The translations under genes and the position numbers were made by a program. Shown in pieces: positions 53,051 through 62,280 of a stretch of 64,000 bases of DNA (positions are counted from its first letter, which is position 1; each line of letters starts with the position of its first letter). The notes beneath the pieces are model-generated. The model was not told where the DNA came from. It did not search any database and saw only the letters and a list, made by a program, of their open reading frames with translations. Source of the DNA: Dehalococcoidia bacterium (GTDB lineage Bacteria > Chloroflexota > Dehalococcoidia > Dehalococcoidales > BS750m-G39). The stretch is from assembly GCA_050123275.1 (NCBI GenBank), contig JASFHK010000001.1, forward strand, positions 142,684 through 206,683, read 5' to 3'.

Positions 53051-53845
53051 CTATTCCGCTGGCATTGGCGCTATCGGGGTTATCTTGGCCACGCGGTTTT
53101 CCTCGAGGAGAACGCTGATAAGAACGCCCTCCACCTCACCGCTGACATGTTGCGGCTCGCTCTGATAGCGGGGCAGTTCCATATCAATGACGTATATTTC
53201 AGCGAACTCGATTTCGAAAGCCATGCCCAGCTTGGTGCTGCCGCTGTGCCAGACGCCGATTTTGTCGTCGGGGGCGATTTCGTATTCCTTCCCGGCCAGC
53301 AGCTGCTGCACGGTGGGGTCGGCCAGGGCAATGGCTACGGCGCGCTCTTTATCTTCGGGCGTGGCTTCGGGGATTCCCGCCTGCCCCGCTTCGTAGGTCA
53401 TTTCGGCGACCAGGTTTTCTTCTCGGTCGATGGTGAGGTAGTACTTGTCGCCGTAGCCGATATTCAGGACGCCCAAGTACTCCTCGATGAGGCTCGAATC
53501 TTGGCGCCCGCCATCCAACCAGGCGCTGAATTCACCCGGCGTCATCTCGTCTTTAAGACGCACGCCCACTGCTAGGTTAAAGTCCTGGTTTTCAACAGTG
53601 TGCCCATCCACGGTGAAGCTGTAGTCTTTACCCTCAAGCAGCGCCTGCACTTTAGGGTCGGCTAGCACGATTTGCTCTAGCTCGGCTTCCAGTTCCGGGC
53701 AGACCCCGTAGAAATCTCCGGAGGGGGAGCTCGGGTTCGGCGGTGCCTCCGCCGCTTCTTCCGCGCTGCAGCCCGGCAGCATTATGCCGAGCGTTAACAA
53801 TCCTACCAAGGCTATCGGAATGGTGAATCTCATAATTCGCCCCAT
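53051..53845 (-). CDS. hypothetical lipoprotein with an internal duplication of about 90 aa
   Basis: 264 aa with lipobox LPGC. Modules begin ADPKVQALLEGKDY and ADPTVQQLLAGKEY. Confidence 0.55.
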   Translation of the reverse strand: MGRIMRFTIPIALVGLLTLGIMLPGCSAEEAAEAPPNPSSPSGDFYGVCPELEAELEQIVLADPKVQALLEGKDYSFTVDGHTVENQDFNLAVGVRLKDEMTPGEFSAWLDGGRQDSSLIEEYLGVLNIGYGDKYYLTIDREENLVAEMTYEAGQAGIPEATPEDKERAVAIALADPTVQQLLAGKEYEIAPDDKIGVWHSGSTKLGMAFEIEFAEIYVIDMELPRYQSEPQHVSGEVEGVLISVLLEENRVAKITPIAPMPAE

Positions 53846-53863
53846 TCTATCACCCCTATGGAA

Positions 53864-54367
53864 CTAGTATAACCATTTTTCGTATTCAGGCAAATGCTTC
53901 ATGTCTTCGTAGAGCCAGACCATTCTGTCCAGATACCAGCTCTTGCCTAAATATGTAAGAGCTACTCCCAGTATGGCCGGCCACATTAAAAGGGCGACTA
54001 TGCCCCAGATTGTCAGCACCACCCCAATAAACGAAATACCGTTGAGAATATTGGGCATGGTCTTGTGATGCGCGGGGACATCTATTTTATCCCGGTTCGC
54101 CCACACCCTTTCTCCCAGCACCGATTTCGACGCCCAGTTGTTGGTCGATTTGGCTTTGGGAAACACTAGCGGGTTGAAGAACGTCCAGGCCAGCGAAATT
54201 ACCGCCGGTATCAGGCACCACCAGCCTATCCAGACCCGGCTCCAGAACGCCAGGACGATTATAGGTAAGACCGAATATCTGGTCCATACGCTCCATGGGT
54301 TGGCGTGCTTCATCCAGTTTTCGTCGTTAAGCCGGAATACACCGGCTATGTTCTTTTCAAGCGACAT
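53864..54367 (-). CDS. hypothetical membrane protein
   Basis: 167 aa with 4 hydrophobic segments. Confidence 0.55.
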   Translation of the reverse strand: MSLEKNIAGVFRLNDENWMKHANPWSVWTRYSVLPIIVLAFWSRVWIGWWCLIPAVISLAWTFFNPLVFPKAKSTNNWASKSVLGERVWANRDKIDVPAHHKTMPNILNGISFIGVVLTIWGIVALLMWPAILGVALTYLGKSWYLDRMVWLYEDMKHLPEYEKWLY

Positions 54368-54451
54368 GTCTTGCCTCTTTCCTGATTAGCTATGACGTAT
54401 ATTACAGCGGGAAATAACGATTATCAATAATCCTGCTATAATAATACCGCC

Positions 54452-54853
54452 ATGATGACCACTCGCCTTATCATCGCTATCATTACCACCGCTTTGGAAG
54501 AGGCCGCCATCGCCGCTATCGGCATCTGGCTGCTGCCCAAAGTCGACATTCACATACCCCTGTTCGCGGTCATTCTCATCATGTTTGCCTGGCTGGCCTT
54601 CGCCGTTTTTTCCTACCAGATGGGCACCCGCGCGCTTATGAGGAAGCCGCACGTCGGCCTGTCCGACATGGTGGGCAGCCGGGGGGAGGTGGTCAAGCCC
54701 CTCGACCCCGAGGGCATGGTTAGAATCAAGGGCGAGACCTGGAAGGCGAAGGCGGCGGGCCGTAAGATAGAAAGCGGCGTGGTCGTGGTTGTGGTCGGGC
54801 AAAAGGGCTTGAAGCTCATCGTGGAGCGGGACAGGCCTTCCTCAAGGCCCTGA
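54452..54853 (+). CDS. NfeD family membrane protein
   Basis: 133 aa. Two TM helices then an OB-like tail GEVVKPLDPEGMVRIKGETWKAKA. Confidence 0.7.
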   Translation: MMTTRLIIAIITTALEEAAIAAIGIWLLPKVDIHIPLFAVILIMFAWLAFAVFSYQMGTRALMRKPHVGLSDMVGSRGEVVKPLDPEGMVRIKGETWKAKAAGRKIESGVVVVVVGQKGLKLIVERDRPSSRP

Positions 54854-54854
54854 T

Positions 54855-55769
54855 TTAATAGCTGTCCATGTATTCGTCCCGCTTGTAGAAGAAGGAGACG
54901 ATGACCATGGCTATCCCCACCGCGGTCAGGGCGGCGCTGTAAATATAGAGCGACATGAACACGTCGGTGACGGTGTGCGACGCCCAGGCCTGGATGGTGG
55001 CGGGCAGGTCCATATCGGCATTGGCCAGTGCGCTGACGGCAAAGCTGCGGGCGACGAAGGCGCCCACCAGGCTGACCACGCCCACGCCGAGGAAGGTAAA
55101 GCCTATCTGGCGGCAGCTGCCCCGGACTTCGCGGTAGACCAGTATCATGAGCAGGATGAGCAGCAGGATAAAAGCGATGAGCAGGATAAAGCCCAGGTTA
55201 AAGTAGCCGACGTACTGCTTGGCGCGCTCGATTTGCTCCACGGCCTCGGCGCCGAGCAGGCTTTCATCCAGCTCCAACTCCGACGGGATTTCCTCTTCTA
55301 TCATGTCGTAGTATTTGTTGAACTCGACCTCGATCTCTTCGGCATTCAGCCCGAGGAGTTCCACCGGCGGCGAGTCAATGACAGCGTCGAGCAGGTTGTC
55401 GCGGAAGCTTTCCATCATTGTCTCCAGCGAGATTATTACGCCTAAGGTCTGGCTCCGCCCCTCGATGTAGTCGTAGAAGATATGGATGCCGTGGCGCGTT
55501 TGCTCCTTGAGCCAGGGCTCGATTTCGCCGACGGTGTGTTGCAGGACGGGACGGAGAAGGTCGCCCAGGAAGTCCGCCGCCTCTTCGGGAACGTGCTCGA
55601 TAATCAGCTCGTCGGTCACCTCGACCAGGTCGATTTCATCGATACGGTCGGCGATAAAGTCGGCGCTGAGGGCGCTCTGGTTCACCGTCAGCGCCACGCC
55701 GAAGACGAGCAGCGACAGAGAGAGAAAAATCCCCAGAAAGACCAGCGCGACGATCTTAAAGGCTTTCAT
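54855..55769 (-). CDS. hypothetical membrane protein
   Basis: Start moved to ATG 55769 (MKAFKIVALVFLGIF). N-terminal TM segment plus a C-terminal TM cluster. Confidence 0.55.
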   Translation of the reverse strand: MKAFKIVALVFLGIFLSLSLLVFGVALTVNQSALSADFIADRIDEIDLVEVTDELIIEHVPEEAADFLGDLLRPVLQHTVGEIEPWLKEQTRHGIHIFYDYIEGRSQTLGVIISLETMMESFRDNLLDAVIDSPPVELLGLNAEEIEVEFNKYYDMIEEEIPSELELDESLLGAEAVEQIERAKQYVGYFNLGFILLIAFILLLILLMILVYREVRGSCRQIGFTFLGVGVVSLVGAFVARSFAVSALANADMDLPATIQAWASHTVTDVFMSLYIYSAALTAVGIAMVIVSFFYKRDEYMDSY

Positions 55770-55810
55770 TGGGGGGCATTGTAGCACTGGATTGCCGCCA
55801 GCGCAAGAGG

Positions 55811-56527
55811 TTAGCTGCCCAGGGGGCAAAAACGCTGCAGGCCCTCGAGCTCGGCGGCGCCGGCGATGGTGACGCCGTAGAAGACGACCGGCTTGCCGAC
55901 TAGGAACTGGTCGATGGTGTCGTTGACGATGGTGGTACCGGTGACCAGCACTATGTCGCCCCAGTCCAGGTTCTCTTTAGTGCGGGCGGGGTCGTCGATA
56001 ACAACCCCGAACTTTTCCTGGCCGATGTTCTTGGCGTCCATATCGGTCACCCTCATCTCGAAGTGCGGGGCCAGCGCCTCCACCATGCGGGGCTGGAAGC
56101 CGACCATGGCTATCTTGGGCTGGCCGTAGTTTTCCCGGATGTATTCCACCAGCTCGGTAGCGCACTGGCGCGGCTGGGCGTCCCTGCAGTGCACCGTCCG
56201 CCCGGCCATGCCCAGGTAGTTGAGCACGGCGTTGAGGGTGGCGATGAATACCGCCCGGCGGAAGTTGTTGGTCAGCTCCATCTGGGCGATATCCAGCAGC
56301 TGCCCGCTGAAGTTGCCGTAGCGGTCGGTGAAGGCGTGTCCTTTAGACCCCCGGAACTCGGCCTGCATCAGCCGTTCCTCTCCCGCTATCAGGGGGTAGT
56401 CCTTGTCATCGGGGTTGCCGATGGCCTGCTCCGGGGTCAGCGCCGCCGCGGTGACGATGACCTTTTCTCCCTCCAGGCCGCGTTCTTTTATCAGCTTGAT
56501 GAACTTTTCGCGTAAGGTGTCGTGCAT
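55811..56527 (-). CDS. DUF364/DUF4213-like Rossmann-type protein
   Basis: Start moved to ATG 56527 (MHDTLREKF). The track ORF N-terminus would run into an intergenic repeat. Family assignment is from memory of the sequence pattern. Confidence 0.55.
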   Translation of the reverse strand: MHDTLREKFIKLIKERGLEGEKVIVTAAALTPEQAIGNPDDKDYPLIAGEERLMQAEFRGSKGHAFTDRYGNFSGQLLDIAQMELTNNFRRAVFIATLNAVLNYLGMAGRTVHCRDAQPRQCATELVEYIRENYGQPKIAMVGFQPRMVEALAPHFEMRVTDMDAKNIGQEKFGVVIDDPARTKENLDWGDIVLVTGTTIVNDTIDQFLVGKPVVFYGVTIAGAAELEGLQRFCPLGS

Positions 56528-56590
56528 GGTTTTCTCCCGCCCTAATGTTACTAGATAGGGGACTACGATGTCTAATCGTGCTATCTTTTC

Positions 56591-56623
56591 TGTCATTGCG
56601 AGCGGAGCGAAGCAATCTCCTCC
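56591..56623. repeat. TGTCATTGCGAGCGGAGCGAAGCAATCTC hairpin repeat (third copy of the 25921 family)
   Basis: Same flanks (TGTCA..GAG..GCGAAG) as the copies at 25921-25989. The stem is ATTGC/GCAAT here, versus ATTCT/AGAAT and ACCCT/AGGGT there. Confidence 0.7.
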
Positions 56624-56699
56624 CCACTCTGTCAGCCAACGTTATTTCTTGCCCACCCCGTACCCACCCTACAAAGGTTAAACCTCTATAAACTTCTTA
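56619..56699 (+). repeat. composite intergenic repeat, copy 2
   Basis: CTCCCCACTCTGTCAGCCAACGTTATTTCTTGCCCACCCCGTACCCACCCTACAAAGGTTAAACCTCTATAAACTTCTTA. Confidence 0.75.
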
Positions 56700-56733
56700 T
56701 TGGGTTATGCCTCTTTCCTCCGTATGGGGAGTT

Positions 56734-56757
56734 TAAGAGGGGCGTAGCCCCTCTTTA
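56734..56757. repeat. hairpin repeat, AGAGGGG-loop-CCCCTCT family (copy 3)
   Basis: TAAGAGGGGCGTAGCCCCTCTTTA. Confidence 0.65.
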
Positions 56758-56839
56758 TACCTTAAAAGGGTGGAGGGTGGGAATAGATAAAATGGGGGGG
56801 GCAGAAATCCATTCTTGCTTTCTCCCTTGCCCGCTTGCT

Positions 56840-57577
56840 ATGATAACCAGCGTGGTTAAGCGCAGAATCGACGGCCTGATAGTGGAACGGGGCCTGGCCG
56901 AAAGCCGGGCCAAGGCCCAGGCTTTGATTATGGCCGGTGAGGTGAAGGTGGCGGGCAAGGCTGGTCTCAAGCCGGGGACGCTGGTGCCCGAAGACGCCGA
57001 AATCACTTTGCTCAAACCGCCTCCCTTCGTCGGGCGCGGCGGCATCAAGCTGGAACACGCCCTCGACCATTTCCGGCTCGACGTTGCGGATAAAACAGCC
57101 GCCGACATCGGCGCCTCGACGGGGGGCTTTACCGACTGCCTTTTGCAAAGGGGAGCCGGCCGCGTTTACGCCGTAGACGTCGGCTACGGGCAGCTGGACT
57201 ACAAATTGCGCCGGGACGAACGGGTGGTGGTCATGGAAAGGGTCAACGCCCGCTACCCGATAGCTTTGCCGGAAAAAGTTGATTTGGCCACCATCGACCT
57301 TTCCTTTATCTCGGTGCAAAAAGTGATACCCTCGGTATCCAAACTGCTCAAGGACGGCGGCTACCTGCTGGTGCTGCTCAAGCCGCAGTTCGAGGCGAAG
57401 CGGGAGGAGGTGGGGAAGGGGGGTATCGTCAAAAATCCACTGGTCCACGCCCGCGTTATCGGGCGTTTCGTCGCCTGGGCGGTGCAAAACGGCTTTAGAC
57501 TGGGCGGGCTGACGGCTTCGCCCATCCTGGGCGCCGAGGGAAATAGAGAGTTCTTTAGTCTGTTGAGGTTGACATAA
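56840..57577 (+). CDS. tlyA: TlyA family rRNA 2'-O-methyltransferase
   Basis: Start moved to ATG 56840 (MITSVVKRRIDGLIVERGLAESRAKAQ, S4-like). DIGASTGGFTD SAM motif. Confidence 0.85.
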   Translation: MITSVVKRRIDGLIVERGLAESRAKAQALIMAGEVKVAGKAGLKPGTLVPEDAEITLLKPPPFVGRGGIKLEHALDHFRLDVADKTAADIGASTGGFTDCLLQRGAGRVYAVDVGYGQLDYKLRRDERVVVMERVNARYPIALPEKVDLATIDLSFISVQKVIPSVSKLLKDGGYLLVLLKPQFEAKREEVGKGGIVKNPLVHARVIGRFVAWAVQNGFRLGGLTASPILGAEGNREFFSLLRLT

Positions 57578-58326
57578 TGCAAATTGAAACAGTGAATCTG
57601 AAAGCGGAAAACATTGATATCGTCGGCCAGCTTTACCTGCCCGCGGGCAAAGCGCCTTACCCCACAGTATGCGCCTGTCACGGCATCCCCGCCGGTGCTC
57701 CCGAACCCAACGACAGGGGCTACACCTCCTTAGCGGAGTACCTCTGCGCCGAGGGCCTGGCCGCGTTCATCTTCAACTTCCGGGGGACGGGCGCCAGCGG
57801 CGGCAATATCGATATGCCCGGCTGGGCCGTTGACCTCGAAGCTGCGCTCGACTACCTTTCCGCTTCGGATAAAGTGGACAAGTCGCGCCTCTGGCTGCTC
57901 GGCTTCAGCGGTGGGGCGGCGGTTTCCGTTTATGTGGCGGCTAAAGACAGCCGGGTGAAGGCGGTAGTCGGCGGCGCCTGCCCCGCCGCGTTCGGCGACT
58001 GGACCAGCAGCGACCCGCTGCCACTTATCGAGCGCTTCCGCGACATCGGCGCCATTCGCGACAGCGCTTTTCCCGCTTCACCTCAAGATTGGCTCGACGG
58101 CTTCCGCCGCATTAAGCCGCTGGAATATGTCGGCCTTATCTCCCCCCGCCCCCTGCTCCTCGTCCACGGTGACCGGGACGACGTCGTTTCCCTCGATGAC
58201 GCCTACAGGCTCTACGCCGGGGCCGGCGAGCCCAAAGAGCTGGCCGTCATCGAGGGCGCCGGGCACCGTCTGCGCCACGATGAAAAAGCGATGAAAACAA
58301 TCCTGGACTGGCTCAAAGCGCTGTAG
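57577..58326 (+). CDS. alpha/beta hydrolase (dienelactone hydrolase-like)
   Basis: 249 aa with GFSGGA nucleophile elbow and C-terminal GAGH. Confidence 0.75.
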   Translation: MQIETVNLKAENIDIVGQLYLPAGKAPYPTVCACHGIPAGAPEPNDRGYTSLAEYLCAEGLAAFIFNFRGTGASGGNIDMPGWAVDLEAALDYLSASDKVDKSRLWLLGFSGGAAVSVYVAAKDSRVKAVVGGACPAAFGDWTSSDPLPLIERFRDIGAIRDSAFPASPQDWLDGFRRIKPLEYVGLISPRPLLLVHGDRDDVVSLDDAYRLYAGAGEPKELAVIEGAGHRLRHDEKAMKTILDWLKAL

Positions 58327-58330
58327 TTTT

Positions 58331-58483
58331 TCTTCCCACCCTACAGAGGTGTAACCTCTATATACTTCTCTTTCCCCACCCCACTCTGTTAGCGAACGGC
58401 CTTCTGTCCCACCCAGCCCGCCCTTAGAGGGGATTCTCCCTCTAGAATTCCTTCCGGGTTACGCCGCCCCAGCCCGCCCTGTG
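58331..58483 (+). repeat. composite intergenic repeat, copies 3 and 4 in tandem
   Basis: TCTTCCCACCCTACAGAGGTGTAACCTCTATATACTTCTC, then CCCCACCCCACTCTGTTAGCGAACGGCCTTCTGTCCCACCCAGCCCGCCCTTAGAGGGGATTCTCCCTCTAGAATTCC, plus a further CCCAGCCCGCCC. Confidence 0.7.
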
Positions 58484-58546
58484 GATTTCTTTCCTGGTAC
58501 TATTGGCGTTACACATTTCTTTGCACTTTGTCAGGCGTAAGAAAAA

Positions 58547-58575
58547 TTGACCTGTCCCTATGGATTAGGTATAAT
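58547..58575 (+). promoter_or_regulatory. candidate promoter for the pur operon
   Basis: TTGACC (58547-58552), 17-nt spacer, then TATAAT (58570-58575). Confidence 0.45.
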
Positions 58576-58618
58576 TTTAGGGGTGGGGTTAGCTAGGGTG
58601 GATTGAGAGGCGAGTAGC

Positions 58619-60046
58619 TTGCAAGAAAGTTGCGGCGTTTTTGGGGTTTATTCACCCGGAGAAGATGTAGCCCGACTTACCTTTTTTGCTTTATTTGCTC
58701 TTCAACACCGCGGTCAGGAAAGCACCGGCATTGCTACCTCTAACGGTAAGCGGCTACAGGTTTGCGCCGAGCTGGGTCTGGTATCCCAGGTCTTCACCGA
58801 GGATTCTTTGAGCCAGCTGAGCGGCGATTTTGCTATAGGCCATAACCGCTATTCCACCCGCGGCTCCAACCGCATCACCAACGTCCAGCCTCTGGTGGCC
58901 GGTAAGGGCGCCAACACCATCGCCGTCGCCCATAACGGCAATATCGTTAACGCCGAGCACCTTTACCAGGAGCTTTGCGAGCAGGGTTACAGCTTCCGCG
59001 GCTCCACCGATACCGAGGTACTGGCCAACCTTGTCCTCTCCGCGCCGGCCAAAGACTGGGTGGAAAAGATACGCTATGCTATGCACCGGCTCCAGGGAGC
59101 CTACTCCCTGACCATGCTCACCAATAACAGCCTTTTCGGTGTCCGCGATCCGCTGGGCGTGCGCCCCTTGTGCCTGGGTAAGCTTAACGGCGGCTACGTC
59201 ATTGCCTCGGAGAGCTGCGCCCTGGACCACCTCGGCGCCAAGTTCGTGCGTGAAATTGAGCCCGGCGAGATAGTGGCCATCAACGGCGACGGAATTAAAA
59301 GCTATAAAGAGAAAACGGAGCGCAAGGCCCTTTGTGTCTTCGAGTATATCTACTTCGCCCGACCCGATTCGGTGATTAACGGGCGGCTGCTCTACCCGGC
59401 GCGGGAGGCGATGGGCGAGGTCCTCGCCGAGGAGCACCCCGTCGAGGCCGACCTGGTTTTGGGCGTGCCCGACTCGGCTACCGCCGCCGCCATCGGCTAC
59501 TCGCGCGCCTCGGGCATACCCCTTTGCGAGGGGCTGCTCAAGAACCGTTACGTGGGGCGCACCTTCATCGAGCCCGACCAGCGCATCCGCGACCTCGGCG
59601 TCCAGCTTAAATTCAACCCGTTGCCCCAGATGCTGGACGGCCAGCGGCTGGTGGTCATCGACGACAGCATCGTCCGCGGCACCACCACCCCCAAGGTGGT
59701 CAAGCTGCTCAAGCGGGCGGGGGCTAAAGAGGTTCACATGCGCATCTGCGCGCCGCCCATCCGCTACCCCTGTTTCTTCGGGGTCGATATGGCCAGCCGC
59801 TGGGAGCTGATTGCGGCCCAGAAGACCATCCCCGAGGTCAGGGACTTTATCGGCGCCGACTCGCTGGGTTACTTGAGCATTGACGGACTGATTAAGGCGA
59901 TAGGTTTGCCCAAGGATATGTTCTGCCTGGCCTGCTTCACCGGCGACTATCCCATACCCGTACAGATTGAGATGGATAAGCTGGCTCTGGAGACCGGCCT
60001 GCCGGCCGAGGAATACAGCAGCCCCTTTGGCATAAAGCAGGGTTAA
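58619..60046 (+). CDS. purF: amidophosphoribosyltransferase
   Basis: 475 aa. N-terminal CGVFGV nucleophile context and DDSIVRGTT PRPP loop. Confidence 0.95.
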   Translation: MQESCGVFGVYSPGEDVARLTFFALFALQHRGQESTGIATSNGKRLQVCAELGLVSQVFTEDSLSQLSGDFAIGHNRYSTRGSNRITNVQPLVAGKGANTIAVAHNGNIVNAEHLYQELCEQGYSFRGSTDTEVLANLVLSAPAKDWVEKIRYAMHRLQGAYSLTMLTNNSLFGVRDPLGVRPLCLGKLNGGYVIASESCALDHLGAKFVREIEPGEIVAINGDGIKSYKEKTERKALCVFEYIYFARPDSVINGRLLYPAREAMGEVLAEEHPVEADLVLGVPDSATAAAIGYSRASGIPLCEGLLKNRYVGRTFIEPDQRIRDLGVQLKFNPLPQMLDGQRLVVIDDSIVRGTTTPKVVKLLKRAGAKEVHMRICAPPIRYPCFFGVDMASRWELIAAQKTIPEVRDFIGADSLGYLSIDGLIKAIGLPKDMFCLACFTGDYPIPVQIEMDKLALETGLPAEEYSSPFGIKQG

Positions 60047-60132
60047 AGCGCGGCTTTAGCCCTCTTGACACTAGGACTTGAATCCATTATTAATAGCTGG
60101 TATCCGACTACTTATTCAGGGAGGTAGGGCCG

Positions 60133-61137
60133 ATTAAGGAAAGCTACGCTAAAGCCGGCGTCGATATCGACGCCAAGAACGTTTCCAACCGTCTGGTCGG
60201 CGAGCTGGTCAGCGCCACCCACCGCCCCGAGGTGCTCAGCGACGCCGGATTTTTCAGCGGCATGTTCGAGTTCAAGGGCTACAAAAAGCCCGTGCTCGCT
60301 TCCAGCACCGACTCGGTGGGCACCAAAATCAAGCTGGCCGTGGCGATGGGTGTTTACGACAGCGTCGGTGCGGATATCGTCAACCACTGCGTCAACGATA
60401 TCTTCACCTGCGGCGCCAAACCGCTGTTCTTCCTCGACTACATCGGCATCGGCAAGCTTCAGCCGGAAAGGGTGACGGCTATCGTGGGCGGTGTGGCCAA
60501 GGCCTGCCGCGATATCGGTTGCTCGCTCGTCGGTGGGGAAACGGCGGAGATGCCCGACATCTACGGCGGCGACGACTTCGACCTGGCCGGTTTCATCGTC
60601 GGAGTGGTGGAAAAGGATAAGATAATCGCGGGCAAGAACATTGCCGCCGGCGACGCTATTATCGGGCTGCCCTCCAACGGGCTGCATACCAACGGCTACA
60701 CGCTGGCGCGCAAGATTTTCGGCGACACTAAGGCCACCCTTGAGAAGAAGTACCCGGGGCTGGACAAGCCCGTCGGCGCCGCCTTGCTGGAGACTCATAT
60801 CTGTTACTACAATCAGCTATCACCGCTGCTGCCTTTAATCAGGGGCATGGCCCACATCACCGGCGGCGGCTTAATCGATAACGTGCCCCGCGTCTTGCCC
60901 GAAGGGCTGGCGGCGAAATTCGATAGCAAAAGCTGGTCGGTGCCGCCCATCTTCGAGCTTATCCAGAAGCAGGGCAATGTCGACCGCGAGGAAATGTACC
61001 ACGTCTTTAACATGGGTATCGGCATGGTCGTCATCTGCGCCGCCGATAGCGTTGGCAAAATCACCAAAGCATTGCCCGAAGCCAGCGTTATCGGCGAGAT
61101 TATAAAGCAAAAAGAGTCGAAGGTTATTATAGACTAG
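60133..61137 (+). CDS. purM: phosphoribosylformylglycinamidine cyclo-ligase (AIR synthetase); ATT start proposed
   Basis: The frame is open from 60097. (I)KESYAKAGVDIDAKN..DSVGTK..GGETAEMP. No ATG/GTG/TTG before the internal GTG 60232 used by the ORF track. AGGGAGG lies 8 nt upstream of ATT 60133. Confidence 0.85.
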   Translation: MKESYAKAGVDIDAKNVSNRLVGELVSATHRPEVLSDAGFFSGMFEFKGYKKPVLASSTDSVGTKIKLAVAMGVYDSVGADIVNHCVNDIFTCGAKPLFFLDYIGIGKLQPERVTAIVGGVAKACRDIGCSLVGGETAEMPDIYGGDDFDLAGFIVGVVEKDKIIAGKNIAAGDAIIGLPSNGLHTNGYTLARKIFGDTKATLEKKYPGLDKPVGAALLETHICYYNQLSPLLPLIRGMAHITGGGLIDNVPRVLPEGLAAKFDSKSWSVPPIFELIQKQGNVDREEMYHVFNMGIGMVVICAADSVGKITKALPEASVIGEIIKQKESKVIID

Positions 61138-61152
61138 GAGGTAAGTGTAAAA

Positions 61153-62256
61153 ATGGCTGTACCCAAGGAAATGAAGGTAACGTTTAAATTCGATGACGGG
61201 ACTAGCAAGGAGGTCGCCTACAAGCTCAACCCGCTCCGCAGCGGCGATAATCCCCACCAGGCGGGCTTCGTCGGCGAGCCGGGCGATTCTTATCGGGAAC
61301 TAATCGAGGGGCGCGGTATGGGTTTTACCAACCACCTCGACCTTAGCAGTTACGCGGTGGCTGACGAAATCAGCCGGACGATGAAATTCCTGAAAGACCC
61401 GCGCACCGAAGTGGTGGTAATCAACAAGCACACCAACCCGGCCGTCTTTGCGGCGCGTACCAGCCAGGTCGACGCCCTCGCTGCCGCCATCCCCAGCGAC
61501 CCCAAATCCCCCTTCGGCGGCATCATGGCCACGTCGACCAAGCTTACCGCCGCCACCGCCGACTACCTCGTCGAGAAGAACAAGGCGGAGAGGTTCGTGC
61601 TCGATGTCCTTTGCGCCCCCGGTTTCGAGGCCGGTTGCGTCGAAAAGCTGGGTGGGGTGATGAAAAACCTGCGCGTTATTGACGTTTCCCCGCTGGACAG
61701 CTTCGATAAAATCAACGCCGGCGTCTTCGGATACAACATGAAATGGACCATCGGCAACAAGCCGGTTATCACCGGAGTGGACGGCCTGTCGTTCTTCAAC
61801 ACCAAGTACGGTATGGAGGTCTTGAGCAAACGCCAGCCTACCGACGACGAGATGAAGGACGCCTATATTTCCTGGATCGGCACCAAGGCGGTTCAGTCCA
61901 ACTCCTTCGCCTTCGTCAACGACGCCGTGTTGCTGGCGCAGTGCGGGGGACAGACCAACCGTGAAGACTCGGCCAAGTTCGCCGCGGAACGCGCCGCCGA
62001 ATTCAAGGTGTCGCTGAAAGGCTCGGCGGCGGCCACCGATTCGTTTATTTTCAACCGTCAGGCCATCGATTTGCTGCACGAAGTGGGCGTGACCACGGTG
62101 GTGCACCCCACCCGCAAGCTGCTCACCACCGGCAGCCTGAAACCGGACGAGGAAATTATCCGGGCGGTGGACGAGTTCGACATGATAATGATTCGCCCCT
62201 ACCTGGTGGGCGACGACGGGCAGCAAAAAGCCTGGCGCGTTTTCCGGCATCTGTAA
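61153..62256 (+). CDS. purH: AICAR formyltransferase-domain protein (PurH lacking the N-terminal IMP cyclohydrolase/MGS domain)
   Basis: 367 aa. This is too short for bifunctional PurH, and the sequence pattern is AICARFT-like. Sits in the pur operon next to a PurO-like gene. Confidence 0.75.
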   Translation: MAVPKEMKVTFKFDDGTSKEVAYKLNPLRSGDNPHQAGFVGEPGDSYRELIEGRGMGFTNHLDLSSYAVADEISRTMKFLKDPRTEVVVINKHTNPAVFAARTSQVDALAAAIPSDPKSPFGGIMATSTKLTAATADYLVEKNKAERFVLDVLCAPGFEAGCVEKLGGVMKNLRVIDVSPLDSFDKINAGVFGYNMKWTIGNKPVITGVDGLSFFNTKYGMEVLSKRQPTDDEMKDAYISWIGTKAVQSNSFAFVNDAVLLAQCGGQTNREDSAKFAAERAAEFKVSLKGSAAATDSFIFNRQAIDLLHEVGVTTVVHPTRKLLTTGSLKPDEEIIRAVDEFDMIMIRPYLVGDDGQQKAWRVFRHL

Positions 62257-62280
62257 TCCAGCATCGAGGAAGGAGAATTA

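Noticed and set aside
58754-59737. 327-aa minus-strand ORF antisense to purF. The same applies to 61300-62250 opposite the AICARFT gene, 10773-11621 opposite PiT, 4255-5130 opposite comEC, 45568-46275 opposite the aminotransferase and 38886-39473 opposite argS.
   Set aside because: All lie wholly inside genes with strong family signatures on the other strand, and all have the Gly/Arg/Ala/Asp-rich composition expected from reading GC-rich codons backwards.
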